Below, piece after piece: positions 8,505 to 16,666 of a stretch of DNA of 64,000 bases (positions within the stretch are counted from its first letter, which is position 1; each line of letters starts with the position of its first letter). The translations under genes and the position numbers were made by a program. Origin of the DNA: a bacterium (lineage in GTDB: Bacteria > Cyanobacteriota > Vampirovibrionia > Obscuribacterales > Obscuribacteraceae); assembly GCA_016124935.1 (NCBI GenBank), contig WGMS01000022.1, positions 10,647 through 74,646 of the forward strand, read 5' to 3'. The notes under the pieces are model-generated. The model saw only the letters and a program-made list of their open reading frames with translations, was not told where the DNA came from and made no database searches.

Positions 8505-10040
8505 TTGCATCCTGTCACATTAGTAATTCTCGATGGCTGGGGAATTTCCAATCAGAGAGAAGGTAATGCCATCCTGGCAGCCAAGACGCCCAACTATGAT
8601 TTCCTCCTCAAAAATTTCGCCAATTCTAAGGTTGATGCTTCCGGCGAGGCCGTCGGCCTTCCCCGGGGATTGATGGGTAATTCCGAGGTCGGTCATTTGA
8701 CCATCGGCGCAGGCAGGGTGGTGGTCCAGAAGCTTACTCTAATCTCCAACACTATCCAGGACGGAAGTTTTTTTACCAACCCTGCCTTAATCGATGCTGT
8801 CAAGTATGCCAAAAGCCATGGAGGCAAACTGCACTTCATCGGTCTAGTTTCGGATGGATGTGTGCACTCCAGCCCGGATCATCTCGATGGTCTGCTTGAG
8901 CTGGCCAGAAGAAACAAGGTCGAGAAGACCGTCATTCATCCGATTCTAGACGGCAGGGATACACCGCCTCGGTCGGCCCTCGGCTATATGAAGGAACTCA
9001 CCGCCAAGTTGACGCCGGGGATGGATATAGGTGTGGTCTGCGGCAGATACTTTGCCATGGATCGTGATCAACGCTGGGATAGAACCGAGAAATATTACCG
9101 TGCACTCGTTTTAGGAGAAGGTCATAAAGCTGCAAGCGCCGTCGAGGCTGTCGAGCGAGCCTATGAACATGATCAGTCGGATGAGTTCATCGAACCTTAT
9201 ATAGTGAATGATCTCAGGGTCGAGTCGGGGGACGCGGTAATCTGCTTCAACTTCCGTCCAGATAGAGTGCGCCAGATCTCCCGGGTTCTGACGGTGAAGG
9301 AATTCGATGGTTTCCAGAGACCGGGCTTGCCGGATATTCACTATGTATGTCTTACTTCCTACGACACGTCTTTGAAGTTGCCGGTGGCTTTCGATCTGAG
9401 CCAGATGCCGAATCAAGATCTGTCCATGACATTGCCCGAACTCATCTCCTGTCAAAAATTGGGACAGTTTCATACCGCCGAGACCGAGAAATATGCCCAT
9501 GTCACTTATTTTTTGAATGGTGGCAAAGAGAACGAGGTCGAAGGAGAGACCCGTTCTTTGATACCGTCATTGAAAGTGGCGACTTATGATCTGGCACCGG
9601 AGATGCAGACCCCTGAAGTTTGCAGGGTCGCCTGCGAAGCGGCCAGATCTGATCGGTATCCTTTTATTGTCTTAAATTTTGCCAATCCGGATATGGTCGG
9701 TCACACCGGCGAGATGGATGCCGCGGTCCAGGCTGTGGAAGTGGTCGATGATGCTTTTGGAAAATTGCTCGAAACCACCCGAGAGCTTGAAGGGACGCTA
9801 ATTATCACCGCCGACCATGGCAACGTCGAACAGATGTTGAATGTGAAGACCGGGGATCCTCATACGGCTCATACGACTAACCCAGTACCGTTAATAGTGG
9901 CAGACTTCAATCCCGATCACAAACTTAACAGCTTTAGCCTGAATAACGGCACACTGGCGGATATCGCTCCCACTGTCATCGATATTATGGGACTTGAGAA
10001 ACCAATCGTAATGAGCGGACACAGTCTAGTCAAGAGGTAG
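8505..10040 (+). CDS. gpmI: 2,3-bisphosphoglycerate-independent phosphoglycerate mutase
   Basis: Contains LVILDGWG, NSEVGHLTIGAGR and ITADHGN motifs. The track ORF starts at 8394, but TTG at 8505 sits 7 nt after AAGGAG and gives the canonical N-terminus (M)HPVTLVILDGWG. Confidence 0.9.
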   Translation: MHPVTLVILDGWGISNQREGNAILAAKTPNYDFLLKNFANSKVDASGEAVGLPRGLMGNSEVGHLTIGAGRVVVQKLTLISNTIQDGSFFTNPALIDAVKYAKSHGGKLHFIGLVSDGCVHSSPDHLDGLLELARRNKVEKTVIHPILDGRDTPPRSALGYMKELTAKLTPGMDIGVVCGRYFAMDRDQRWDRTEKYYRALVLGEGHKAASAVEAVERAYEHDQSDEFIEPYIVNDLRVESGDAVICFNFRPDRVRQISRVLTVKEFDGFQRPGLPDIHYVCLTSYDTSLKLPVAFDLSQMPNQDLSMTLPELISCQKLGQFHTAETEKYAHVTYFLNGGKENEVEGETRSLIPSLKVATYDLAPEMQTPEVCRVACEAARSDRYPFIVLNFANPDMVGHTGEMDAAVQAVEVVDDAFGKLLETTRELEGTLIITADHGNVEQMLNVKTGDPHTAHTTNPVPLIVADFNPDHKLNSFSLNNGTLADIAPTVIDIMGLEKPIVMSGHSLVKR

Positions 10041-10282
10041 CGCTTGTCTGGAAAATCGCATCGCCAGCGGCTTTTCGAGAATCTCGCTCTTCAGAATGCG
10101 ATTCTATTTATTTATCGGTCCATATCAAGTGGTTTGCTATCGAAAAAATACCGGTTATAATTGCGGCCGTCATAGGTAGGCGATTATTTAATCCAATTAC
10201 TAAATGATTGCCTCCGATCATGTAAAACTCGAGCATTGTCGAAGGTAGAATCATTAACCTCATAAGGAGACGGATCAATCTC

Positions 10283-10594
10283 ATGATTATCAGATTTAGA
10301 ACTCTTGCCCTGGCTTTTGCAAGCCTTTTCCTGGTAGTTTCCCTCGCCGCTTGCGGTGGTGGAGCTGACAAAGCCGGAACCGAAGGCGGCGGAACAGAAA
10401 CCGCTGCTCCTGCTGAAGGCGGCGCTGAAGCTGGTGCTGGTGCCGGTGCAGAAGCTGGTGCAGAAGCTGGCGCTGAAGCCGGTAAAGAAGCTGGCGCTGA
10501 AGCTGGTGCCGAAGCTGGTGCTGGTGCCGGTGCTGACGCTGGTGCCGATGCCGGTGCCGACGCTGGTGCTGAAGCCGGCGGTGAAGAAAAGTAA
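10283..10594 (+). CDS. small lipoprotein with Ala/Gly/Glu(Asp) tetrapeptide repeats
   Basis: Signal peptide plus lipobox (LVVSLAAC|GGG), then about 20 copies of (A/E/D)AG(A/E/K) units. A strong intrinsic terminator follows. Confidence 0.7.
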   Translation: MIIRFRTLALAFASLFLVVSLAACGGGADKAGTEGGGTETAAPAEGGAEAGAGAGAEAGAEAGAEAGKEAGAEAGAEAGAGAGADAGADAGADAGAEAGGEEK

Positions 10595-10618
10595 TAGCTC
10601 GATAGCTTGAATACTTTG

Positions 10619-10648
10619 AAACGCTCCCTTTCGAGGGAGCGTTTTTTA
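10619..10648 (+). terminator. rho-independent terminator
   Basis: ACGCTCCCT (10621-10629) / TTCG loop / AGGGAGCGT (10634-10642), followed by TTTTTT. Confidence 0.85.
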
Positions 10649-10725
10649 ATTCGATTTTATAAGTTCCGGAACTTTATTTGGAATAAGCTGTCAAAATTGC
10701 AATTCCACCTTCTGAAGGACAGATC

Positions 10726-11742
10726 ATGAAATCCAGCTCTGCATTAAACCGCTCGAAACCGGTTATCGCCGCTACCGTTGCTCTTATCGGTTTTGCTCTT
10801 GGTCTCGGTCTCACATCTAATTCGATTGCTTTTGGCCAGGGGCAGGGTGGTGGGACGATTCCACTGCAGATGCCTTTCAATAACAACGCACCAAATCCAA
10901 TGCAGGGGATTTTGAATCAACCTCTCACCAATACCGGTCCTGGAGCGATTGTGGTTCCTCCTATCTCTTTTGTGGATATAAACACCGGTAGATTCGGCAA
11001 GCTCGAAATCGATCTGGATGATGGCGAGTTCATGGAAGGCTCTTGCAAAAACATACATCTGGTCGCCAGGGATATGGACCTTCGTGAGGGGCTTTTGAAA
11101 TCTCTCGATATCTCTCTTTCGCGAGGAAATTTCCAGGACTTCATCGTCGATACCATGAGTTTGAGCACAAAAGGATCATTGCGTTTTGATACCGGAGTGC
11201 TGTTCAATCAAAAAGTGCTTCAGTTTACCGAGCCCGCCGAAGCACAGGTGGAAGCCGAAATCAGTCAGGAGAGCCTGAACTCCTTTTTGAAATCACCCCA
11301 TACTCTAGACAGGCTTTCTGTCACCGCCGGCAGCAAAGTCGGTGCCATCGCCGGTCTTCTGGGAGCGAACGCACCGCAAATAGGCTTGGTTATTTCTGAT
11401 GGTAATCTAGCCCTGGGCAAGAGGAATTCGGTCAATATTTCTCTGGACAGCAAAGTGGGCATGGGTCAATATGCCCTCAATATTCCGGTTGAGATTGATA
11501 GCAAGCTGGAACTTCGAGACGGATGGGTCAAAATCACTGATACCAAGCTCAAGACCAGCGGTAAAGAGATTTCGCCTCAACTCTCCAATATGATCGTTCA
11601 GAAAGTGAACAACCTCTCCTCTCTGGGCACCCGTTCCGATGATATTCACTTTAAATTCACCAGCCTGGAAGTAAAAGCCGGCAAGAAATTCATTGTCAAG
11701 GGAACCGCTTCGATCAATCGTCTGCGCTTCGGACGCAGCTGA
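10726..11742 (+). CDS. hypothetical secreted protein
   Basis: 338 aa with an N-terminal signal-like segment (KPVIAATVALIGFALGLGLTSNSIAFG). I recognise no family motif. Confidence 0.6.
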   Translation: MKSSSALNRSKPVIAATVALIGFALGLGLTSNSIAFGQGQGGGTIPLQMPFNNNAPNPMQGILNQPLTNTGPGAIVVPPISFVDINTGRFGKLEIDLDDGEFMEGSCKNIHLVARDMDLREGLLKSLDISLSRGNFQDFIVDTMSLSTKGSLRFDTGVLFNQKVLQFTEPAEAQVEAEISQESLNSFLKSPHTLDRLSVTAGSKVGAIAGLLGANAPQIGLVISDGNLALGKRNSVNISLDSKVGMGQYALNIPVEIDSKLELRDGWVKITDTKLKTSGKEISPQLSNMIVQKVNNLSSLGTRSDDIHFKFTSLEVKAGKKFIVKGTASINRLRFGRS

Positions 11743-11874
11743 GTCTCTGATCTCGAATTTCTACTGCTCTTGCCAAAGTTCTACAGTCTTTATGAAGACT
11801 GCGCCGATTCTTGCAATTTCCATATATACTATGAAGCTCTCGGCCCCCGTCGGGCCCTAGAAAGCGAGAGCCGG

Positions 11875-12600
11875 ATGTACCGGCGTAGAGATAACAGACA
11901 GTGGGACCAGCTTCGGCCGGTCAAGTTCAATCGAAACTTCACCAAGAACGCAGATGGTTCGGTGCTTGTGGAGTTCGGCGATACTAAGGTATTTACCACA
12001 GCAAAAATTGAAGAGCGTGTGCCTGCCTTTCTTATCGGTAAGGGAGAGGGCTGGATTACGGCAGAGTATTCTTTGTTGCCAGGATCCACCCTGGTGCGCA
12101 ACCAGAGAGAGGTGAAGCGGGGGCAACCGTCCGGCCGAACCTCGGAGATTCAACGCCTGATCGGGCGTTCGCTTCGGTCGATAGTCGATCGCAGAGCTCT
12201 GGGAGAGAGGACCATAACCGTGGACTGCGATGTTTTGCAAGCCGACGGCGGTACCCGGGTAGCCAGTATCTGCGGCGGTTTTCTTGCTTTATACGATGCC
12301 CTGCTCAAGCTTCAGAAAGAAGGTCTCTGGGATGAATTGCCCCTGACCGAGCATCTGGCGGCGGTCTCTATCGTTCAGCTCAAGGGGCAATTGCTTCTGG
12401 ATCCGAACTATAACGAGGATTCTCAGGCCGACATGGACAGCAATATCGTCCTTACCGAATCCGGGCGCATTCTGGAACTGCAGATTACTTCGGAAGCCGA
12501 GCCTTACAGGGCGGACAAGGTCCAGGAGCTTATCGATCTGGCAAGTAAAGGAATTAACGAAATAATATCTTTGCAGTACAAAGCCCTGGGTCATCGCTGA
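11875..12600 (+). CDS. rph: ribonuclease PH
   Basis: LRPVKFNRNFTKNADGSVLVEFGDTKVFTTA...GEGWITAEYSLLPGST is the RNase PH signature. ATG at 11875 (MYRRRDNRQWDQLRP) fits the family length better than the track start at 11770. Confidence 0.9.
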   Translation: MYRRRDNRQWDQLRPVKFNRNFTKNADGSVLVEFGDTKVFTTAKIEERVPAFLIGKGEGWITAEYSLLPGSTLVRNQREVKRGQPSGRTSEIQRLIGRSLRSIVDRRALGERTITVDCDVLQADGGTRVASICGGFLALYDALLKLQKEGLWDELPLTEHLAAVSIVQLKGQLLLDPNYNEDSQADMDSNIVLTESGRILELQITSEAEPYRADKVQELIDLASKGINEIISLQYKALGHR

Positions 12601-12733
12601 GCACTGTCAGATCCATATGACTAATGAAAATATGGTGTTAAGACAATCATAAATTTATCTTCTATACCTTCTGACAACGGCTATATTACCGTTAAACTAG
12701 AGGCCAAGAAGTACTGATCGGCGATTAATCCCA

Positions 12734-14305
12734 TTGACTGAAACGAAGACCGAATCCACCTCCAATGCAGATCGGCTCAACCCGATCAAAGAGACCTTCA
12801 AGGATGTAACCATACCCCGGTTGCTCAAATCCTCCTGGAGGGTTTTCGTCAGGGTACGCAATCTTCAAGGAACGAAAGCCGCTCTTCGGGTTTTTCCGAT
12901 CATCTGGATAATCGTTCGTCTCGTCAAAGGGCTCTCCAAATTCCATGCTGCCGAATACGAGCGTAATCGTGTTTCCGACCAGCCTGATGATGCCGAGGAG
13001 GCCGCCCTCACCAACGAAGAATACGACGAGTATCGAGAGTTGGGACGCTGGTTGACCAGGCAGCTCCACGATCTGGGTCCTACTTTTATCAAAATCGGTC
13101 AGACCCTCTCTACCCGGGCAGATTTGATGCCGCTGCCCGCTATGCTGGAGCTGGCTAAACTCCAGGAGAATGTCGATAAGTTCGAACTCTCCGTGGCCAG
13201 AGAGATAATCTTTCGAGAGCTGGGCGCTTATCCCGAGGATCTTTATGAGAGCTTCGAGACAGTTCCTCTGGCTGCCGCCAGCCTTGCCCAGGCGTATAAA
13301 GCCACCCTTCGGGACGGACGGGCTGTGGTAGTCAAAGTGCAGAGACCCGGTCTTGCCGGCATCATCGCCCAGGACATACAGGTTCTGGGGGCGGTGGCCG
13401 ATGAGGTGATGGAGTACCCCAACCTCTGCAGGCATACCGATTGGCCTGATGTGGTGGAAGAGTTCGCCAGGACTATTTTTGAAGAGATAGACTATATTCG
13501 CGAGGGAAGGAACGCAGATACCTTCAGGCGTAATTTTCGTAATTTCGAGCAGATTTATATCCCCCGAATCATCTGGAGGATGACCGGCCGTCGGGTATTG
13601 ACCGTCGAGTTCGTACCGGGCGTTCGGATTGACGATGTCGAAGCCATCGATCAGATGGGCCTATCGAGAGAAGAAGTAACCAAACTCGGTGCCAAATTCT
13701 ATCTTCGTCAACTGCTCGAGGATGGCTTCTTCCATGCCGATCCCCATCCGGGCAATCTCCGTGTGATGGAAGACGGACGCATCGGTGTCTTCGATTTCGG
13801 GATGGTGGGTAAGATCTCTCCTGATTTGAAGATGCATATGGTCAACGCTCTCATTCATGTCACCCAGAGAGACTACAGAGCCCTGGTGGATGATTTTGTG
13901 GGCATGGGTTTTCTCACCGAGGAGGTCGATAGAGATGCCCTCTGTGCCGACCTGACACCGATAATCGATACTCGATTCTCGGAAGGCATGAGTAAGGTCC
14001 GTTTTCGCAAGATGCTCTTCGACTTCTCCGACGTCTGCTACCAGTATCCTTTCCGCCTGCCTTCCGAATTCACCTATGTGATGCGCGCTCTGCTCACTTT
14101 AGAAGGGGTAGCCCTGACCATCAATCCCAAATTCAACTTCATCGACGCGGCCATGCCCTTTGCCCACCGGTTGCTCTTGCAGAACAATAAGATCATCCGA
14201 GAGGCGCTGTTTAAGGAAGTCTTCACCGATGGTAAGTTCAATAAACAGGCTGCGGTCAAGCTTATTCGGAACGCTGCCAGCCTGACCGGAACCTTGCTCG
14301 GCTGA
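12734..14305 (+). CDS. ABC1/UbiB-family atypical protein kinase (AarF domain)
   Basis: 523 aa with LGPTFIKIGQTLSTRADLMP, VVVKVQRPG and FHADPHPGNL motifs. The TTG start is uncertain. Confidence 0.85.
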   Translation: MTETKTESTSNADRLNPIKETFKDVTIPRLLKSSWRVFVRVRNLQGTKAALRVFPIIWIIVRLVKGLSKFHAAEYERNRVSDQPDDAEEAALTNEEYDEYRELGRWLTRQLHDLGPTFIKIGQTLSTRADLMPLPAMLELAKLQENVDKFELSVAREIIFRELGAYPEDLYESFETVPLAAASLAQAYKATLRDGRAVVVKVQRPGLAGIIAQDIQVLGAVADEVMEYPNLCRHTDWPDVVEEFARTIFEEIDYIREGRNADTFRRNFRNFEQIYIPRIIWRMTGRRVLTVEFVPGVRIDDVEAIDQMGLSREEVTKLGAKFYLRQLLEDGFFHADPHPGNLRVMEDGRIGVFDFGMVGKISPDLKMHMVNALIHVTQRDYRALVDDFVGMGFLTEEVDRDALCADLTPIIDTRFSEGMSKVRFRKMLFDFSDVCYQYPFRLPSEFTYVMRALLTLEGVALTINPKFNFIDAAMPFAHRLLLQNNKIIREALFKEVFTDGKFNKQAAVKLIRNAASLTGTLLG

Positions 14306-14583
14306 GCCGTCGGGATCGACCGTGAGCATCGTGATTACACGGATTTCATTTGTTGCGGAATGTATCAGCGGTTTGAAAAATTCCCGTTAAGTCCTTCTCC
14401 GTGTGGGTTTTTGGCTGTTTGCAACCCTTTCTGCTTGACAATCATTAGCTGAATATTGCTTGCTAAGGCAATAATGCTGATGTACCCTTTTCTAGCTGGT
14501 GAGAGTGCAAAAAGCTGCACCGGTCGAGGGACCCGAAGCTCCCACCGATTTCTCCTGTTGTTGATAACGGTTCTAAAAGATAG

Positions 14584-15306
14584 ATGAGTACAGCCCTTAC
14601 CACACCGGCGGCCATCACGGCGACCTGTTCCAACTGCGACAGTTTGATCGAGTCCATGGCCAAGTTCTGTGGAGATTGCGGTGAGATAACCGAGTTCGGC
14701 TCGGGAGTATTCCAGGCTATCTACGAGACCAGAGCAGTGCCGGAGTATTCCGCGCAGTTGCCCGAACCGGCCATCAACGCCCCATCAGATAATGAAGCCA
14801 GCCAGGTGTCCTACCATGAGCTGGCTTTATTAGAGTCTTACAGGCTTGCCAATCGTTCCGGCCAGGAGATGGAATGGGCGCCTACCCCGACGCCGACCAA
14901 CAATCAGGGTAGGGTAATCGAGCACAATAACGAACGGGTAGCAGCGCCGCGGTTCGCCCGGGAAGGTAAAGCCCAGGCAAAGCGGACCCAGCTGCCGGAG
15001 TCGCTTGTTAGAGAGATGCAGTCTCTCAATGCCCTGCTTCTCAGAGAGAGAATTTTTCTGGGTATTCACTGGACGATTTTTGTCACTGCCAATTTAATCG
15101 GATTCTATCTGGCTTCCAAATGTTATGCCGGTTTTGTCGGAGACGAAGTGACCAGATTCATCATGGCTCTTACCCCCCTTACTTTTATCAACGCCGTTGC
15201 CCTGGCTTGTCTTGCTCCCATCCGCGGTACCAGAAGAGAGATTGCTCGGGTAAAAGAGCGTATGCAGTATTTGAAAGTTCAGCTCGATTACGGCAATCTT
15301 ATATAG
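14584..15306 (+). CDS. zinc-ribbon protein with two C-terminal transmembrane helices (hypothetical)
   Basis: 240 aa with an N-terminal CSNC-x11-CGDCG zinc ribbon, an acidic/low-complexity linker and two hydrophobic helices (IFLGIHWTIFVTANLIGFYLA; FIMALTPLTFINAVALACLAPI). Its 3' end overlaps the RT gene's 3' end by 8 bp, convergently. Confidence 0.65.
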   Translation: MSTALTTPAAITATCSNCDSLIESMAKFCGDCGEITEFGSGVFQAIYETRAVPEYSAQLPEPAINAPSDNEASQVSYHELALLESYRLANRSGQEMEWAPTPTPTNNQGRVIEHNNERVAAPRFAREGKAQAKRTQLPESLVREMQSLNALLLRERIFLGIHWTIFVTANLIGFYLASKCYAGFVGDEVTRFIMALTPLTFINAVALACLAPIRGTRREIARVKERMQYLKVQLDYGNLI

Positions 15307-16255
15307 ACGGTATAGTCTGCTTGGCCTGGCTGATCAATCGGTTTAAAACCGTTCTGTATTTTTCCACCTCTTTGCTCTGGGGATCGAGCATGGAGAGAAT
15401 GGAGAGATGATTCTCCAGCTCTATTACCCGGTCGCGATAGCGCTCCGGTTCCACTTCGGCCTGGTGAAAAATAGCTCTTATCTTTCTGCGTTTTGCTCTG
15501 GGCAAGCTGGGTTTCTCATTTACCACCAGCCCCGAGACCATCTGCTTTGAATTATGTTTGTGGAATCTGGTTTTCTTGATATTCATGCGAAAGCCTTCCA
15601 CTTCGACAATATCGGATATGGTGCGCATATCCGCCAGAGAAAAATTGCCATTTCCGGAAATGGTGATATCGTCGCAATATCTGGTATACGACCAATCGTT
15701 GGCAGCGCAGAAATCAGCCAGGTCGGCGTCCATGGAATAGGCGATTAAATTGGCGAGATAGGGAGAGGATGGCGCTCCCTGGGGCAAACAGCCTATATAG
15801 GTGGAGAGTTCGGTCAGCACGCATGCAACGGGGAAAGAGAAGCCCAGTCTAAGATACAGTCCGAGCACCCGCTCGGACGAAATAGAGCCGAAGAAGTCTT
15901 CGAGGTCCGTATTGAATACGAATCTTTTCTTGCAGTGGGGTTGGGCATTGCTGAGGATGGACATACCCGGACGAAATCCGGTGCATTCATCCGGCAGGGG
16001 AATGTCGGCCAGAAATTTTTTGACTATCGCTTTCTGAACTTTCTTGAGCGGCTCCCTGGGCGCGGCCACGGTTCTCATATCGCCGGTGCTTTTCTTTTTG
16101 CGAAAGCGAGTGTAGAACTCTTCTGCTCTGTAAATAAATCTGAGTAGCTCGAACTCTGAAGAATCGAGGGCGTTCGCCAGTTGGGCAACGGTTTGAATGT
16201 CGTACATATAAGGCACCGGCAAAACTCCCGCTTCTCGACTATGAATTATTTGCAC
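15299..16255 (-). CDS. retron-type reverse transcriptase
   Basis: RT1 FRKKKSTGDMRTVAAP; RT2 LKKVQKAIVKKFL; retron NAxxH = NAQPH (15935-15949), followed by NTDLEDFFGSI; RT4 LPQGAPSSPYLANL; RT5 YTRYCDDITISG (YCDD at 15668-15679); RT6 GFRMNIKKTRF; RT7 QMVSGLVVNEKPSLPRAKRRKIRAIFH (VTG-like VSG at 15530-15538). The maximal ORF starts at GTG 16255. GTG 16216 (GGGAG 9 nt upstream) or ATG 16207 (MYDIQTVAQLANAL) are likelier starts. Confidence 0.85.
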   Translation of the reverse strand: MQIIHSREAGVLPVPYMYDIQTVAQLANALDSSEFELLRFIYRAEEFYTRFRKKKSTGDMRTVAAPREPLKKVQKAIVKKFLADIPLPDECTGFRPGMSILSNAQPHCKKRFVFNTDLEDFFGSISSERVLGLYLRLGFSFPVACVLTELSTYIGCLPQGAPSSPYLANLIAYSMDADLADFCAANDWSYTRYCDDITISGNGNFSLADMRTISDIVEVEGFRMNIKKTRFHKHNSKQMVSGLVVNEKPSLPRAKRRKIRAIFHQAEVEPERYRDRVIELENHLSILSMLDPQSKEVEKYRTVLNRLISQAKQTIPSI

Positions 16256-16560
16256 AAAAGTAGAAAACGGGGAAAGACTCCTTTACCCCGCTAGGAAGAA
16301 TGCGCTCAAGACGCTCGTTTCCTGCATTAGAAGACTCGTGCATAACACTACTTGAACCGAGTCCCAGCAATTGAATGGTTAGCTGGAAGTTACCTACAAC
16401 ATCTGGTTGACGAAACATCAACCTTCCCGCCGAAGCGGTCCAGAGTAAATAGAGTCTTCCCTCGTCTCTACGTTTCGTTGATTTTCAGTTGTTTGTACCG
16501 CCCTCAATCAACACACTGATCTAACTCTAAGTTGTAACGAATGTCAACGAACTTTCGGTT
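16256..16560 (-). ncRNA. candidate retron non-coding RNA (msr-msd) region; boundaries not determined
   Basis: ORF-poor leader directly 5' of the RT on the same strand. Verified hairpins on the - strand: 16477-16512 (GTTGATT/AATCAAC); 16450-16470 (TAGAG/CTCTA); 16427-16438 (CCGC-UUCG-GCGG); 16405-16423 (GGTTGA/TCAACC); 16333-16363 (GACTCG/CGAGTC); 16268-16290 (CGGGG-AAAG/CTTT-CCCCG). Candidate long-range a1/a2 pairing joins 16451-16461 to 16270-16281, 11 bp with one bulge. Confidence 0.4.
16519..16547 (-). promoter_or_regulatory. possible sigma70-type promoter for the RT leader
   Basis: Perfect -35 TTGACA (16542-16547), 17-nt spacer, weak -10 TTAGAT (16519-16524) on the - strand. It lies about 120 nt downstream of the gcvPB stop. 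Confidence 0.2.
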
Positions 16561-16666
16561 TCTTTAGCGGATTCACACGGGGAATATATGGGTATGGATC
16601 GCTGGAGATATCTATCGTCGAGGCACTGAATATGATGCCCGGTTCAACTGAGCGTCCTCAAGTTTC

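Noticed and set aside
10108-10610. Alternative-frame ORFs over the Ala/Gly repeat DNA (10108-10371 on the - strand, 10356-10610 on the + strand)
   Set aside because: These frames are open only because of the 12-nt repeat periodicity. Only the 10283 frame has a signal peptide and lipobox and is positioned before the terminator.
12725-13435. 236-aa ORF on the - strand overlapping the 5' third of the ABC1 kinase gene
   Set aside because: It is a shadow ORF. The + strand frame carries the diagnostic ABC1 motifs and the - strand product has no features.
15299-16255. Possibility that the RT is a group II intron maturase or a DGR RT
   Set aside because: At about 300 aa it has no maturase X or endonuclease domain. 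I could find no domain V/VI-like intron RNA structure flanking it. There is no template/variable repeat pair or accessory Avd-like gene as in DGRs. The NAxxH and VTG-like boxes point to retrons.
16239-16421. 60-aa ORF on the RT strand inside the RT leader
   Set aside because: It spans the hairpin-rich region and overlaps the possible RT start in another frame. It has no RBS or recognisable sequence features. An RNA function is the more parsimonious reading. It is only worth revisiting if ribosome profiling shows translation.
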